Virus genome (UHGV): UHGV-1871853 | Length of the DNA: 11,811 bases | DNA from: a virus | Direction: 5' to 3' (one strand) | Part shown: one piece after another, positions 1 to 9,006 of the stretch | Numbering within the stretch: the first letter of the stretch is position 1 | Layout: each line of letters opens with the position of its first letter | The notes under the pieces: generated by a model | The model's database searches: none | Told to the model about the DNA's origin: nothing | Seen by the model: the letters and a program-made list of their open reading frames with translations, nothing else | Position numbers and translations under genes: made by a program

Positions 1-1290
<1,290 letters not shown>

Positions 1291-1415
1291 GTCTTACCCC
1301 CAATAAGGGGATTTGCTCTATTTAATTAGGAATAAGGTCGATTACTGATAGAACAAATCCAGGCTACTGTGTTTAGTAATCAGATTTGTTCGTGACCGAT
1401 ATGCACGGGCAAAAC

Positions 1416-1445
1416 GGCAGGAGGTTGTTAGCGCAACCTCTTGCC
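1416..1445 (-). promoter_or_regulatory. Strong stem-loop in the late leader about 125 nt upstream of S (12-bp stem, 6-nt loop, followed by GUUUUG on the minus-strand RNA)
   Basis: GGCAGGAGGTTG (1416-1427) and CAACCTCTTGCC (1434-1445) are inverted repeats with one G-U position. A short T-run follows on the minus strand. Confidence 0.4.
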
Positions 1446-1579
1446 ACCCGCTTTCACGAAGCCAGCCATTGCGCTGGTTTTCTTTTATGCAAAGCACACC
1501 ACACCGTAGCCACAGCGGATAAGGTGATTATTTTTGTCTGTCTGGTATTTGGTTTGATGTGCTTTCAGAAAGGTCGTGA

Positions 1580-1616
1580 TTAAAACGCAAAAAGCCCCGA
1601 GCTATTAACTCAGGGC
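1580..1616 (-). terminator. Intrinsic terminator about 55-60 nt downstream of the pR' start (tR'-like, on a short pR' leader RNA)
   Basis: Minus-strand RNA reads AGCCCUGAGUUAAUAGCUCGGGGCUUUUUGCGUUUUA: a GC-rich hairpin (1594-1616) followed by a U5 tract and a second U4. Confidence 0.7.
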
Positions 1617-1645
1617 TTTATTTAACGAGTGCATTTATCCATCGT

Positions 1646-1681
1646 TGAGTCAAATTTACCCAACTTTATTCAAAAAGTCAA
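1646..1681 (-). promoter_or_regulatory. Late promoter pR' with overlapping qut region (-35 TTGACT at 1676-1681, -10 TAAATT at 1653-1658, 17-bp spacer)
   Basis: Minus strand reads TTGACTTTTTGAATAAAGTTGGGTAAATTTGACTCAACGATGG, essentially the lambda pR'/qut sequence, immediately downstream of Q. Confidence 0.8.
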
Positions 1682-1723
1682 TATCATGCTGTTAATATGT
1701 TGCCATCAGTGGCAATCATGCTG

Positions 1724-2347
1724 CTAACGCGTGACCGCGTTCAAAATGTTGTCTGCGATTGACTCTTCCTTGTGGCATTGCACCACCAGAGCGTCATACA
1801 GCGGCTTAACAGTGCGTGACCAGGTGGGTTGAGTAAGGTTTGGGATTAGCATCGTTACAGCGCGATATGCTGCACTTGCTGGCATCCTTGAATAGCCGAC
1901 ACCTTTGCATCTTCCGCACTCTTTCTCGACAACTCTCCCCCACTGCTCAGTTTTGGCTATATCAACTGCCCGACCTGTTCCGTGGCAATCCCTGCATCTT
2001 GCGCCCGGCGTCGCGGCACTACGGCAATAATCCGCATAAGCAAATGTTGCGAGCACTTGCAGTACCTTTGCCTTAGTATTTCCTTCAAGCTTTGCCACGC
2101 CACGGTATTTCCCCGATACCTTGTGTGCAAATTGCATCAGATAGTTGATAGCCTTTTGTTTGTCGTTCTGGCTGAGTTCATGCTTACCGCAGAATGCAGC
2201 CATTCCGAATCCGGCTTGTGATTGCGCCATCCCCATAGCAGCCATCACATCAGTACCGGAAAGAGAGTCAGAAGCCGTAGCCCGTGGTGAGTCGCTCATC
2301 ATCGGGCTTTTTGGCGAATGAAATTTAGCTACGCTTTCGAGTCTCAT
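1724..2347 (-). CDS. Q: Late-gene antiterminator Q (lambda-type, 207 aa)
   Basis: Translation [29 protein letters not shown]...[11 protein letters not shown]...[11 protein letters not shown]...NAVTR is near-identical to lambda Q over its full length, including the zinc-binding cysteines. Confidence 0.96.
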   Translation of the reverse strand: MRLESVAKFHSPKSPMMSDSPRATASDSLSGTDVMAAMGMAQSQAGFGMAAFCGKHELSQNDKQKAINYLMQFAHKVSGKYRGVAKLEGNTKAKVLQVLATFAYADYCRSAATPGARCRDCHGTGRAVDIAKTEQWGRVVEKECGRCKGVGYSRMPASAAYRAVTMLIPNLTQPTWSRTVKPLYDALVVQCHKEESIADNILNAVTR

Positions 2348-3009
2348 GCGCCTTCTCCCTGTACATGAATCAATGTGAGGTTTCCGCAGAACACTGCGCC
2401 GGTATCGATATACATCTGGTTGGCAAATTTGAGTGGTTTCACTGCTGGCGTATGACCAAAGATGAACGTGTCCGCTCCTTTGATTTCTTTCACGATCCCG
2501 TCTTGTGAGTTGCTGATTCGTTCGCGGTTCCAGATTACCTGCTGATGATCAACTGGCTTTCCGAACTCGTATTCATCACAAGGATAATCGGCGTGGCAGA
2601 TGACATATTTTTTATCTTTGCTCACCAGTTCGATGATTAACGGAAGTTCATCTGCTTTATGGGCAAGAGCTTTAGCCAGAATTTCTTTGTCGTAATCGAG
2701 ATTAAAGAACCAGCCACCGCCATTAAACAGCCAGTGATTGACGTTTCCACGCTCTGATAAGCCATCAATCATCATTTGCTCATGGTTTCCACGTACAGCT
2801 CTGAACCAGGTGAATGTGATTAATTCCAGGCATTCAACGTTCTCTGTACCGCGATCGACCAAATCGCCAACCGAGATAAGCAGGTCTTTTTTGGTGTCGA
2901 ATCCTATCGTCTCCAGTTTTTTCATCAGGTTCGTGTAGCATCCGTGCAGATCGCCAACTACCCAAATATTTCGGTATTTGCTGCCATCAATTCTTTCGTA
3001 ATAGCGCAT
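2344..3009 (-). CDS. ninI: NinI / Orf221-type serine/threonine protein phosphatase (221 aa)
   Basis: From the internal ATG at 3009: [29 protein letters not shown]...GDLVDRG...GNHE, the calcineurin-like metallophosphatase motifs GDxHG / GDxxDRG / GNHE. The longer listed ORF (from 3084) overlaps ninH and is rejected as the start. Stop overlaps the Q start. Confidence 0.9.
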   Translation of the reverse strand: MRYYERIDGSKYRNIWVVGDLHGCYTNLMKKLETIGFDTKKDLLISVGDLVDRGTENVECLELITFTWFRAVRGNHEQMMIDGLSERGNVNHWLFNGGGWFFNLDYDKEILAKALAHKADELPLIIELVSKDKKYVICHADYPCDEYEFGKPVDHQQVIWNRERISNSQDGIVKEIKGADTFIFGHTPAVKPLKFANQMYIDTGAVFCGNLTLIHVQGEGA

Positions 3010-3193
3010 CTCTTTCACTCCATCCGCGATGAACCATAAGAACGTCGTTGACGATGGCGTGCATTTTCCCGTCTTTATCATCAACGTATTTTCTTACCGT
3101 GCCGCGACTACATTTCAGTCTGCGTGCCACTTCTGTCTGGTTTCCGTATGCTTCAACGAGCATGTCTGGAATGGTTTTTACTGAGAACGTCAT
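2987..3193 (-). CDS. ninH: NinH (68 aa, small DNA-binding protein)
   Basis: [40 protein letters not shown]... matches lambda NinH, with an HTH-like segment. Confidence 0.9.
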   Translation of the reverse strand: MTFSVKTIPDMLVEAYGNQTEVARRLKCSRGTVRKYVDDKDGKMHAIVNDVLMVHRGWSERDALLRKN

Positions 3194-3801
3194 GCGGCCT
3201 CACTTCTGCTATTTCGCAGGTCTTTGAGTTTCTGTTGGTACTCTGCCTTGATCGCCTTGCACTCTTCGACAGTCCAGCGATGGCGGTTATGGTTTGATTC
3301 GATTTCGTCTACTGCTTCCTGCCCGATTCGGTTAATCAGTTCGACGCGATACGGAACGAGATTTCCGCTTTTATGCTGGTTGCACACCACGCATTGCTTG
3401 TGAATATTGCGTTCATCAAATCGGAGTTGAGGTGCCGCAGCAGTTGTCCGGTAATGTCCAGCATCCCACTGAGCAGACGTGAGCGTTCCGCACGAGATAC
3501 ATGGTAAGTCGCGGTCTCTTTCTCTGATGAAGGCGTTTACGGCTTGTTGGGCTTGTTTAATCCAGTAACTGCGGGGCTTTAAGGCGAGTTTTCGAATCTT
3601 AAGTTTATCTTTCTGTTTCTGCTCCTCTCGTCGTCGTTTCTTCTCTGCTGCTTTTTCCGCTTTTTCGCGTTCTTTACTTCGTCGTTCGAGTGCTATCTTG
3701 GCTCCACACTCTGGAGAGCACCACCACTGATTAGCGAATGTAGGGTGAAACCATTCCCGACATTCTTCGTTTTTACATCGTCTTCGCGCTGGTTTAGCCA
3801 T
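3190..3801 (-). CDS. ninG: NinG / Rap recombination endonuclease (203 aa)
   Basis: [44 protein letters not shown]... matches lambda NinG (Rap) with its N-terminal Cys cluster. Start overlaps the ninF stop. Confidence 0.9.
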   Translation of the reverse strand: MAKPARRRCKNEECREWFHPTFANQWWCSPECGAKIALERRSKEREKAEKAAEKKRRREEQKQKDKLKIRKLALKPRSYWIKQAQQAVNAFIRERDRDLPCISCGTLTSAQWDAGHYRTTAAAPQLRFDERNIHKQCVVCNQHKSGNLVPYRVELINRIGQEAVDEIESNHNRHRWTVEECKAIKAEYQQKLKDLRNSRSEAA

Positions 3802-3970
3802 CGTCTTCTTCCTCGTACATTGAGCTATTCGGATCGCTCATCAGTTCTGCGCAGCAATCGGAGCACACATGAACTTCCAGCACATGCAGCTTCTGACCGC
3901 AGTTAGCGCACGTTAAAGCCCGCTCGACGCTTTCTTTCTGGTATTGAAGGGATTGGGATGGGCTAAGCAT
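3794..3970 (-). CDS. ninF: NinF (58 aa, Cys-rich)
   Basis: Manual translation from the ATG at 3970: [58 protein letters not shown]. Missing from the ORF track because it is under 60 aa. The stop overlaps the ninG ATG. Confidence 0.8.
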   Translation of the reverse strand: MLSPSQSLQYQKESVERALTCANCGQKLHVLEVHVCSDCCAELMSDPNSSMYEEEDDG

Positions 3971-4349
3971 TATTGACGTCCTGCATCATGAGGAAGACAA
4001 TCATGGCGGCGCGGAGAGGGTTTTCATCTTGAGTCATATGATATGGGGTACTATCACTGCCAACTTTTCTATGCGCTGCCTTCCATAATCCATTTTCTGG
4101 CGCTGGAATAATGCCAATTCTGTTCTCTACGATAATCGGATCTGCGTCTGCTGGGTTTGCGCATGGGTTAAAGGATCCGCGCTCAACTTCTACTTCAACT
4201 GCGTCTCCGTTTACAATGTCTCCCTCAAATGAGACAAACACCATATCTCCATTCTCACCTTCTTTGTAATCCGGTGATCCGTTATGAATGGCTTCGAATA
4301 CCGCCACGTTAATTTCAAAATCACTTAACTGTGAATAATCCATTGTCAT
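3963..4349 (-). CDS. Acidic hypothetical protein (128 aa) between ninE and ninF, in the position of P22-type ninX
   Basis: Start taken at the ATG in an ATGA overlap with the ninE stop ([24 protein letters not shown]...). Lambda has no gene between ninE and ninF. Named NinX-like only by position and by memory of P22 gene order. Confidence 0.6.
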
Positions 4350-4522
4350 TTCCTCGCACGATGTCTTAGCCACCGGATATCCCACAGGTGAGCCGTGTAG
4401 TTGAAGGTTTTTACGTCAGATTCTTTTGGAATTGGCTTGCGTTTATTTCTGGAGCGTTTCGTTGGAAGGTATTTGCAGTTTTCACAGATTATGTCGGTGA
4501 TACTTCGTCGCTGTCTCGCCAC
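4346..4522 (-). CDS. ninE: NinE (58 aa, basic); GTG start inferred
   Basis: Frame not in the ORF track. Translation [58 protein letters not shown] resembles lambda NinE. An AAGGAGG Shine-Dalgarno lies just upstream of the GTG at 4522. Confidence 0.7.
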
Positions 4523-4662
4523 ACGTCCTCCTTTTCCTGCGGTAGTGGTAACACCCCTGTTGGTGTTCTTTCACACCGGAGACACCATCGATTCCAGTAA
4601 GGCTGTCCTGGTCGAAAGCGATCGTCTTCCTTTCGCTCTCCACATCGATAACAGTGCTTCAT
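4489..4662 (-). CDS. ninD: NinD (57 aa, zinc-ribbon CxxC...CxxC)
   Basis: From the ATG at 4662: [61 protein letters not shown] overlap with the methyltransferase stop. The upstream ATG at 4680 lies inside the preceding gene. Confidence 0.7.
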
Positions 4663-5249
4663 GCGATCACCATTTTGCATGGTTTAATCGCCATGCCGGG
4701 AGCCAGTTCAAAATCGGAGTCGCACTGATTTCCCCACATATCCCACCCGGTCACTTTGTCGCGGCTAAATAACTCACAGCGCGGCACGTCGCCAAGCAAC
4801 TTAGCTAACATGTCTCTTACGATCGGTGGTTTTGCACTGTGCTCCATTCTCGGTGCGGTAAAGTGCTGGCATATTGAAGCGTCCATTCTCTCAGGTAACC
4901 GCCCTCGAACGGCAAACAAGCAATCCTCGCTATTTGCCCGGGTCATATGCCCCATTCCGATCGCACTGTTGCCTTTGTGCTTATTGGTTTTGTGCCAGGT
5001 AAAGCCTTTCATAGTCATCAACCTGAATCCCCACGCCTCAACTACCTTTAGCGCTTCGGCTGGCTGTGTCGGCACCCACCACATCGCTAACAAGCAAGAT
5101 TCTGGATCCGCTAAATCCCATACTGGCAGTCGGCAAATGTCCTGAACATTCATAACATCGTATTTATGTCCAGCACCGCGATTGCCATCGTTGGCTTTGT
5201 CGCGATATTGCCAAGGTGGATCTGCGTAAATAAGTCGGTATTTGTTCAT
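4659..5249 (-). CDS. MT-A70-family DNA N6-adenine methyltransferase (196 aa), in the position of lambda ninC
   Basis: From the ATG at 5249 (ATGA overlap with the ninB stop): [15 protein letters not shown]..., the DPPW catalytic motif of MT-A70-type adenine methyltransferases. No cognate restriction endonuclease is evident in the window. Confidence 0.85.
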   Translation of the reverse strand: MNKYRLIYADPPWQYRDKANDGNRGAGHKYDVMNVQDICRLPVWDLADPESCLLAMWWVPTQPAEALKVVEAWGFRLMTMKGFTWHKTNKHKGNSAIGMGHMTRANSEDCLFAVRGRLPERMDASICQHFTAPRMEHSAKPPIVRDMLAKLLGDVPRCELFSRDKVTGWDMWGNQCDSDFELAPGMAIKPCKMVIA

Positions 5250-5689
5250 GCAGCCCGATCTCCCCATCGCGCTTTCCATTCGAGAGCCAGTCGCGCTTCG
5301 TCTGACCACTTAACGCCACGCTCTGTACCGAATGCCTGTATAAGCTCTAATAGCTCCGCAAATTCGCTTACACGCATCCTGCTGGTTGACTGGCCTATTA
5401 CAACAAAGCCATTACCGGCAAGGTTAGGAACAACGTCCTGCTGCTTTAATGCTGCGGTAAACACACACTTCCAGCTTTCTGCATCCAGCCAGCGACCATG
5501 CCATTCAACCTGACGAGAGACGTCACCTAAGCAGGCCCATAGCTTCCTGTTTTGGTCTAAGCTGCGGTTGCGTTCCTGAATGGTTACTACGATTGGTTTG
5601 GTTGGGTCTGGAAGGATTTGCTGGATAGCTTGAATGGCGTTCTGCTGATGGATGGGGCTTCTTAGTTCAAACGTTAGTTTCCTCACCAT
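5246..5689 (-). CDS. ninB: NinB recombination protein (147 aa)
   Basis: MVRKLTFELRSPIHQQNAIQAIQQILPDPTKPIVVTIQERNRSLDQNRKLWACLGDVSRQVEWHGRWLD... is near-identical to lambda NinB. Confidence 0.92.
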   Translation of the reverse strand: MVRKLTFELRSPIHQQNAIQAIQQILPDPTKPIVVTIQERNRSLDQNRKLWACLGDVSRQVEWHGRWLDAESWKCVFTAALKQQDVVPNLAGNGFVVIGQSTSRMRVSEFAELLELIQAFGTERGVKWSDEARLALEWKARWGDRAA

Positions 5690-5831
5690 TTACGCTCCTG
5701 TAATCGTCAAGTGCAGCTGCAATAGTCCCTATCGGGTCATGGTCTTGCCCGATAATCTCATTTACGTTTTCATCTTCTTCCACACCGAAAAAGAATCGCA
5801 GGGCTAACATGATTTCTTCGTATGCGCTCAT
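5667..5831 (-). CDS. Small acidic hypothetical protein (54 aa)
   Basis: Manual translation MSAYEEIMLALRFFFGVEEDENVNEIIGQDHDPIGTIAAALDDYRSVNGEETNV. An AAGGAGTGAGT Shine-Dalgarno sits immediately before the ATG at 5831. It fills the gap between the 80-aa ORF and ninB and overlaps the ninB start by 23 nt. Confidence 0.35.
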   Translation of the reverse strand: MSAYEEIMLALRFFFGVEEDENVNEIIGQDHDPIGTIAAALDDYRSVNGEETNV

Positions 5832-5833
5832 AC

Positions 5834-6076
5834 TCACTCCTTCACTTTGACTCCAGCGTCGCTTAGCTCTTTTCTCATGTCATCTCTGCGGTGGTAAGTC
5901 CCGCCATAAACGTCTATTCCATGAGATGGCCATTTAATTTCGATAGATGCGCGAGACATAACCCATGACTGCCAGGCAATCATCTTGATGGCCTGAACGT
6001 GAAGTTCTTCGCTGTTGTTAATAGACTCGAACTCTTCACCAAACCACTCCAAAAACTGTTTTCTTGATTCGTTCAT
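5834..6076 (-). CDS. Hypothetical protein (80 aa)
   Basis: ORF MNESRKQFLEWFGEEFESINNSEELHVQAIKMIAWQSWV... is tightly packed between neighbouring genes on the same strand. No family recognised. Confidence 0.5.
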   Translation of the reverse strand: MNESRKQFLEWFGEEFESINNSEELHVQAIKMIAWQSWVMSRASIEIKWPSHGIDVYGGTYHRRDDMRKELSDAGVKVKE

Positions 6077-6087
6077 ATCAATCCCCG

Positions 6088-6288
6088 TTATGACAGGTTA
6101 ATTTTCACCCAACCCTTCCCACGCACATTTGCAACAAGCCCTTTCTTTCTCAGGTATTGCATACGGCGATCGATGGTTTCGATATACATTCCATTGCTCC
6201 GCCATTTAAGCCAGATATCAAAAACAGGTGTTGGTCTTTCACTCAGGATTGAAAGAATGTTTTGATCTAATTTTTCGTACTTGCTCAC
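6088..6288 (-). CDS. Hypothetical small protein (66 aa), possible winged-helix DNA-binding fold; GTG start
   Basis: GTG start in a GTGA overlap with the upstream stop, preceded by a GAGAGAGGG Shine-Dalgarno. The pattern LDQNILSILSERP...IETIDRRMQYLRKKGLVANVRGKGWVKI looks like helix-turn-helix plus wing; this is a fold guess from sequence only. Confidence 0.5.
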   Translation of the reverse strand: MSKYEKLDQNILSILSERPTPVFDIWLKWRSNGMYIETIDRRMQYLRKKGLVANVRGKGWVKINLS

Positions 6289-6611
6289 AAATACCCTCTC
6301 TCACTTAATCGCGCCCACGCTTCGTTAAACTCTTCTCGGGTTGCGCCGGATTTTCTTTCTTCAAACATCATGCATTCGCTGATGTCTCCCCATGACTTTG
6401 GTCGCTTTTCAGCGAACAGATCATCCCATTCGAATACCCAGCGGCCTGATTTTCGGTAGTGGTAAATGGTCAGCCATGTTGTGCTGTTCGCTGGATACCC
6501 ATAGAGAACTTCGACTTTTTGATCACGGTCTTTATGCTTTTTCAGCAGGATAAAGCCAGCAACCAGCGAAGCTCCGGCAAGAATGATGATTGGAATTTGC
6601 CAGTCAGCCAC
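6285..6611 (-). CDS. Hypothetical single-pass membrane protein (108 aa); GTG start
   Basis: An N-terminal hydrophobic helix IPIIILAGASLVAGFILL is followed by KKHK (positive-inside) and an 80-residue soluble domain. GTG start with a GGGGAGAGGGAAGT Shine-Dalgarno. First gene after the terminator at 6622-6658. Confidence 0.55.
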   Translation of the reverse strand: MADWQIPIIILAGASLVAGFILLKKHKDRDQKVEVLYGYPANSTTWLTIYHYRKSGRWVFEWDDLFAEKRPKSWGDISECMMFEERKSGATREEFNEAWARLSERGYL

Positions 6612-6621
6612 ACTTCCCTCT

Positions 6622-6658
6622 CCCCCAAATAAAAAGGCCTGCGATTACCAGCAGGCCT
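6622..6658 (-). terminator. Intrinsic terminator downstream of the helicase gene (tR2-like position)
   Basis: Minus-strand RNA reads AGGCCUGCUGGUAAUCGCAGGCCUUUUUAUUUGGGGG: an 8-bp GC-rich stem (6635-6642 / 6651-6658), 8-nt loop, then a U5AU3 tract. Confidence 0.75.
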
Positions 6659-6683
6659 GTTATTAGCTCAGTGATGTAGATGG

Positions 6684-8060
6684 TCATACGTCAGCCCCTT
6701 GTGCATATCGCCTGCCACGTGCAGCGGGTGCATTTGATGTTGTGCAAATCTGTCTGGCTTCATCCTGGTCACATGCAACAAAGTGTCCGTTACAGAACCG
6801 CTGGTAAACCGTACCAAGCGAGCCAAAACGGTTTTTCGTCACAATGATTTCAGCAAATGGCGCGGCGCTACTGTTCTCGTCATATACCGCTTCCCGATAG
6901 AGCATGATGATTGAGTCTGCGTCCTGCTCAATGCTTCCTGAATCACGCAAATCTGCGTTTGTCGGGCGTTTGTTTGGTCGCTTCTCAACATCGCGCGAAA
7001 GCTGACTCAGGGAGATAACCGGTGTTTTCAGGTCTTTCGCCATCGCCTTCAGGCTTCCGGAGATGTGAGCAATTGCGAGGTCGTTGCGGTCTGCTTTCGG
7101 CTTCTCAATCAGGCCAAGATAATCCGCCATGATGAGTGAGAGGTTTGGATTTTCCTGTTTGTGCCGTTCTGCGATTGAGCGTATTTCTTCGACCGATAAC
7201 CGCGAGGCATCGACTACCCATACATCCAAATCTGCAAGCTGACTCATGCCGTTAGCAACACGCGCCCAGCCTTCGTCATCCATCGATGCAGGATTTCGCA
7301 GTACGCTAACCGACATCCTCCCGGCGTTGGCAATGCTTCGCTCTGCAATCTGCAATGCGCTCATTTCCATCGAGAAAATCAACACTCCTCGCCGGACGTC
7401 AGAACCAGGAATAACGCGGCTTGCAACGCCTTCGGCAATCTTCAGCGCCAGCTCGGTTTTCCCCATACCAGGACGAGCAGCGATTATCACCAGGTCTTCT
7501 GCGTTCATCCCTCCGGTGATGGCGTCAAGTTCTTCTATTCCGGTCTTCAGGGTATCTGACTCTTCTCCGTTCCTCAGACGCCTGTCAAGCGTGTCGGTGT
7601 AGTCAGTGATGATTTTCCCTAAGCGTACCGGTTTAACCTCGTCACGGGGCTTTCTGATGGCTGAGAGACGCTTTACAAGTTCATCCATCGCCTGACTCGA
7701 TGCGTCGATGGTTCCGCTTTGGATTGGTTCACGCATTTCATCCATGATTTCCAGCACCAGACGGCGGTGATAGTTATCCGCGACCATTCCGGCATATCCC
7801 TTCAGGTTTGCGGCACTCGGGCAGTTTTTGCTGGTCATCAGGATTGACGTGAAATGCTCCTCTCCGCACTCCTCGGCAACCATCAGCGCGTCGATTAGGT
7901 TTCTGTTTCGCGCCTGCTTGCGGATAACCTCGAAGGCTTTCCGGTAGAGCGGAATTGAAAACGCTTCCGGCTCCAGCGTTGCCAGAACGTCGCTGGCGGT
8001 TGGTGTTAATCCACCAATCAGCAGGCCACCGATAACGCTCGCTTCGATATCCTGTCTCAT
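6684..8060 (-). CDS. Replicative DNA helicase, DnaB family (458 aa), in the position of lambda P
   Basis: Walker [13 protein letters not shown], a DnaB-like N-terminal domain and RecA-fold C-terminal motifs ([28 protein letters not shown]). Lambda P is not a helicase, so the replication module is not lambda-type. Stop overlaps the upstream gene start. Confidence 0.95.
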   Translation of the reverse strand: MRQDIEASVIGGLLIGGLTPTASDVLATLEPEAFSIPLYRKAFEVIRKQARNRNLIDALMVAEECGEEHFTSILMTSKNCPSAANLKGYAGMVADNYHRRLVLEIMDEMREPIQSGTIDASSQAMDELVKRLSAIRKPRDEVKPVRLGKIITDYTDTLDRRLRNGEESDTLKTGIEELDAITGGMNAEDLVIIAARPGMGKTELALKIAEGVASRVIPGSDVRRGVLIFSMEMSALQIAERSIANAGRMSVSVLRNPASMDDEGWARVANGMSQLADLDVWVVDASRLSVEEIRSIAERHKQENPNLSLIMADYLGLIEKPKADRNDLAIAHISGSLKAMAKDLKTPVISLSQLSRDVEKRPNKRPTNADLRDSGSIEQDADSIIMLYREAVYDENSSAAPFAEIIVTKNRFGSLGTVYQRFCNGHFVACDQDEARQICTTSNAPAARGRRYAQGADV

Positions 8061-9004
8061 GCAATCCCCCTGTCTGCAAACTTCCCTTCCCGTACTCCCG
8101 TTAACGAATCTTCCCTCAGCAGGTAATCAAAATCAGCCGTCCAGCCCGTGTCGTTGTCTCCGAAGTAAAACGGCTTGGCCTGATGCACAAACGCCCTGAC
8201 ATACGCTCTGAAACCGTCCACATTTGGCGTTTTCAGTTGCGGGATGATTTTCTTCAGGCGGCGTTTGCGTTTCTCGTTGACCGCAACAGCGTGTGGAAGT
8301 CTGTCACCGACTTCGGTGTTGTAGGCGTTCAGGAAGGATTCGTAGTCGATTCGTTCTGCCTTGCGACGTTCAGGTTTAACCTGCCCATCGCCTCCCCCAT
8401 TGGGGGGTAGGGGGGTATTATTTATATTCTTGTTAATACCTTCTTGTTCATGATGTGCGGTTGTTTGTGCGGCTTCATGTGCGCTTTCATGTGCGGAACG
8501 TACGCTGAAAGCCGCGCCATTACTGGCTTCATCATGTGCGGCATCATGTGCGGTTGTTTGTGCGGCTTCATGTGCGGGTGAATTGTCCATTTTTTGAGCA
8601 TATTCATGGTAATTTGTGATGGTGATCACACAACCTTTTTGCTTCTCCCCATCAATAGAGATCATCCCCTCTTTCACAAAAACCTGAAGCATCCGCTCAA
8701 CCTGATCACGGCTTGCCGGCTTGCCATGTCTGTCGCATAACTGAAGACCTAAATCAGCTGCTGTCACAACCAGTTGACCGGGTTGCAGATGCCATTCATG
8801 ACCTTTGAAATTCGATTTGTATGGCTTTCTGGCGGCATTCAGGAGAAGGTTTTCCCACAGGGTGCGAAGATAAACATCTTTCGCCCATGACTGTTTCAGA
8901 ATGCTCCGGTACAACGGAATGTAACCAGTTTTCTGGTTCTCCATCCTGTTGCTCCTGCGCTCGTGTGCGGCGCTGAAATCGTAGATTTTTGCTGTATTGC
9001 TCAT
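8057..9004 (-). CDS. Replication initiator, O-like (315 aa), containing the iteron origin
   Basis: The N-terminus [17 protein letters not shown] resembles the first residues of lambda O (MTNTAKILNF, from memory). The central region encodes a repetitive [10 protein letters not shown] linker that coincides with DNA iterons, and the 3' end is overlap-coupled to the helicase gene. Confidence 0.85.
   Translation of the reverse strand: MSNTAKIYDFSAAHERRSNRMENQKTGYIPLYRSILKQSWAKDVYLRTLWENLLLNAARKPYKSNFKGHEWHLQPGQLVVTAADLGLQLCDRHGKPASRDQVERMLQVFVKEGMISIDGEKQKGCVITITNYHEYAQKMDNSPAHEAAQTTAHDAAHDEASNGAAFSVRSAHESAHEAAQTTAHHEQEGINKNINNTPLPPNGGGDGQVKPERRKAERIDYESFLNAYNTEVGDRLPHAVAVNEKRKRRLKKIIPQLKTPNVDGFRAYVRAFVHQAKPFYFGDNDTGWTADFDYLLREDSLTGVREGKFADRGIA
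8393..8445. promoter_or_regulatory. Origin-associated AT-rich element (8416-8445) preceded by a G/C-rich near-palindrome CCCCCATTGGGGGGTAGGGGGG (8393-8414)
   Basis: tattatttatattcttgttaatacc follows the iterons in the direction of O transcription, the same order (iterons then AT-rich unwinding region) as ori-lambda. Confidence 0.6.
8449..8577. repeat. Iteron array of the replication origin: eight ~12-bp repeats with core TGTGCGG in two blocks of four, separated by 30 bp
   Basis: Cores at 8454, 8466, 8478 (variant TGTGCGC), 8490, 8535, 8547, 8559 and 8571. A ~36-bp unit (catgatgtgcggttgtttgtgcggcttcatgtgcg) occurs twice. The array lies inside the O-like gene, as ori-lambda lies inside O. Confidence 0.8.
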
Positions 9005-9006
9005 AA

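Noticed and set aside
1386-1583. Plus-strand 65-aa ORF in the Q-S intergenic region
   Set aside because: Antisense to the late leader, spans the stem-loop and terminator, and no minus-strand ORF of significance exists there either; the region is better explained as structured leader RNA.
1840-2221. Plus-strand ORFs 1840-2076 and 1982-2221
   Set aside because: Antisense to Q, which is matched over its full length.
2738-2938. Plus-strand 66-aa ORF
   Set aside because: Antisense to the phosphatase gene.
3010-3084. N-terminal extension of the phosphatase ORF ([25 protein letters not shown])
   Set aside because: It overlaps ninH in another frame, and the conserved start MRYYE with its own ribosome-binding site is at 3009.
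4350-4385. N-terminal extension of the 140-aa ORF ([12 protein letters not shown])
   Set aside because: It overlaps the ninE 3' end; the ATG at 4349 forms the ATGA coupling typical of this operon.
4663-4680. Upstream start (MQNGDR) of the ninD ORF
   Set aside because: It lies inside the methyltransferase coding sequence; the ATG at 4662 is overlap-coupled to the methyltransferase stop.
4388-4772. Plus-strand ORFs 4388-4600 and 4401-4772
   Set aside because: Antisense to ninE, ninD and the methyltransferase 3' end.
5250-5309. N-terminal extension of the methyltransferase ORF (MVRRSATGSRMESAMGRSGC)
   Set aside because: It overlaps the ninB 3' end; the start at 5249 is coupled to the ninB stop.
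4756-5513. Plus-strand ORFs 4756-5145 and 5166-5513
   Set aside because: Antisense to the methyltransferase and ninB; low-complexity Ser/Ala-rich translations typical of antisense frames.
7246-7602. Plus-strand 118-aa ORF
   Set aside because: Antisense to the helicase gene.
7774-8079. Minus-strand 101-aa ORF
   Set aside because: Out of frame within the helicase gene; Arg/Gly-rich artefact.
8183-8410. Plus-strand 75-aa ORF
   Set aside because: Antisense to the O-like gene.
8449-8577. Possible CRISPR array, considered because of the short direct repeats
   Set aside because: Repeats are about 12 bp with no unique spacers between them, lie inside a protein-coding gene, and have no cas genes nearby; they are replication iterons.
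8422-8607. Minus-strand 61-aa ORF encoding HMKPHKQPH repeats
   Set aside because: It is the iteron array read in an alternative frame; the O-like frame is the one continuous with flanking coding sequence.
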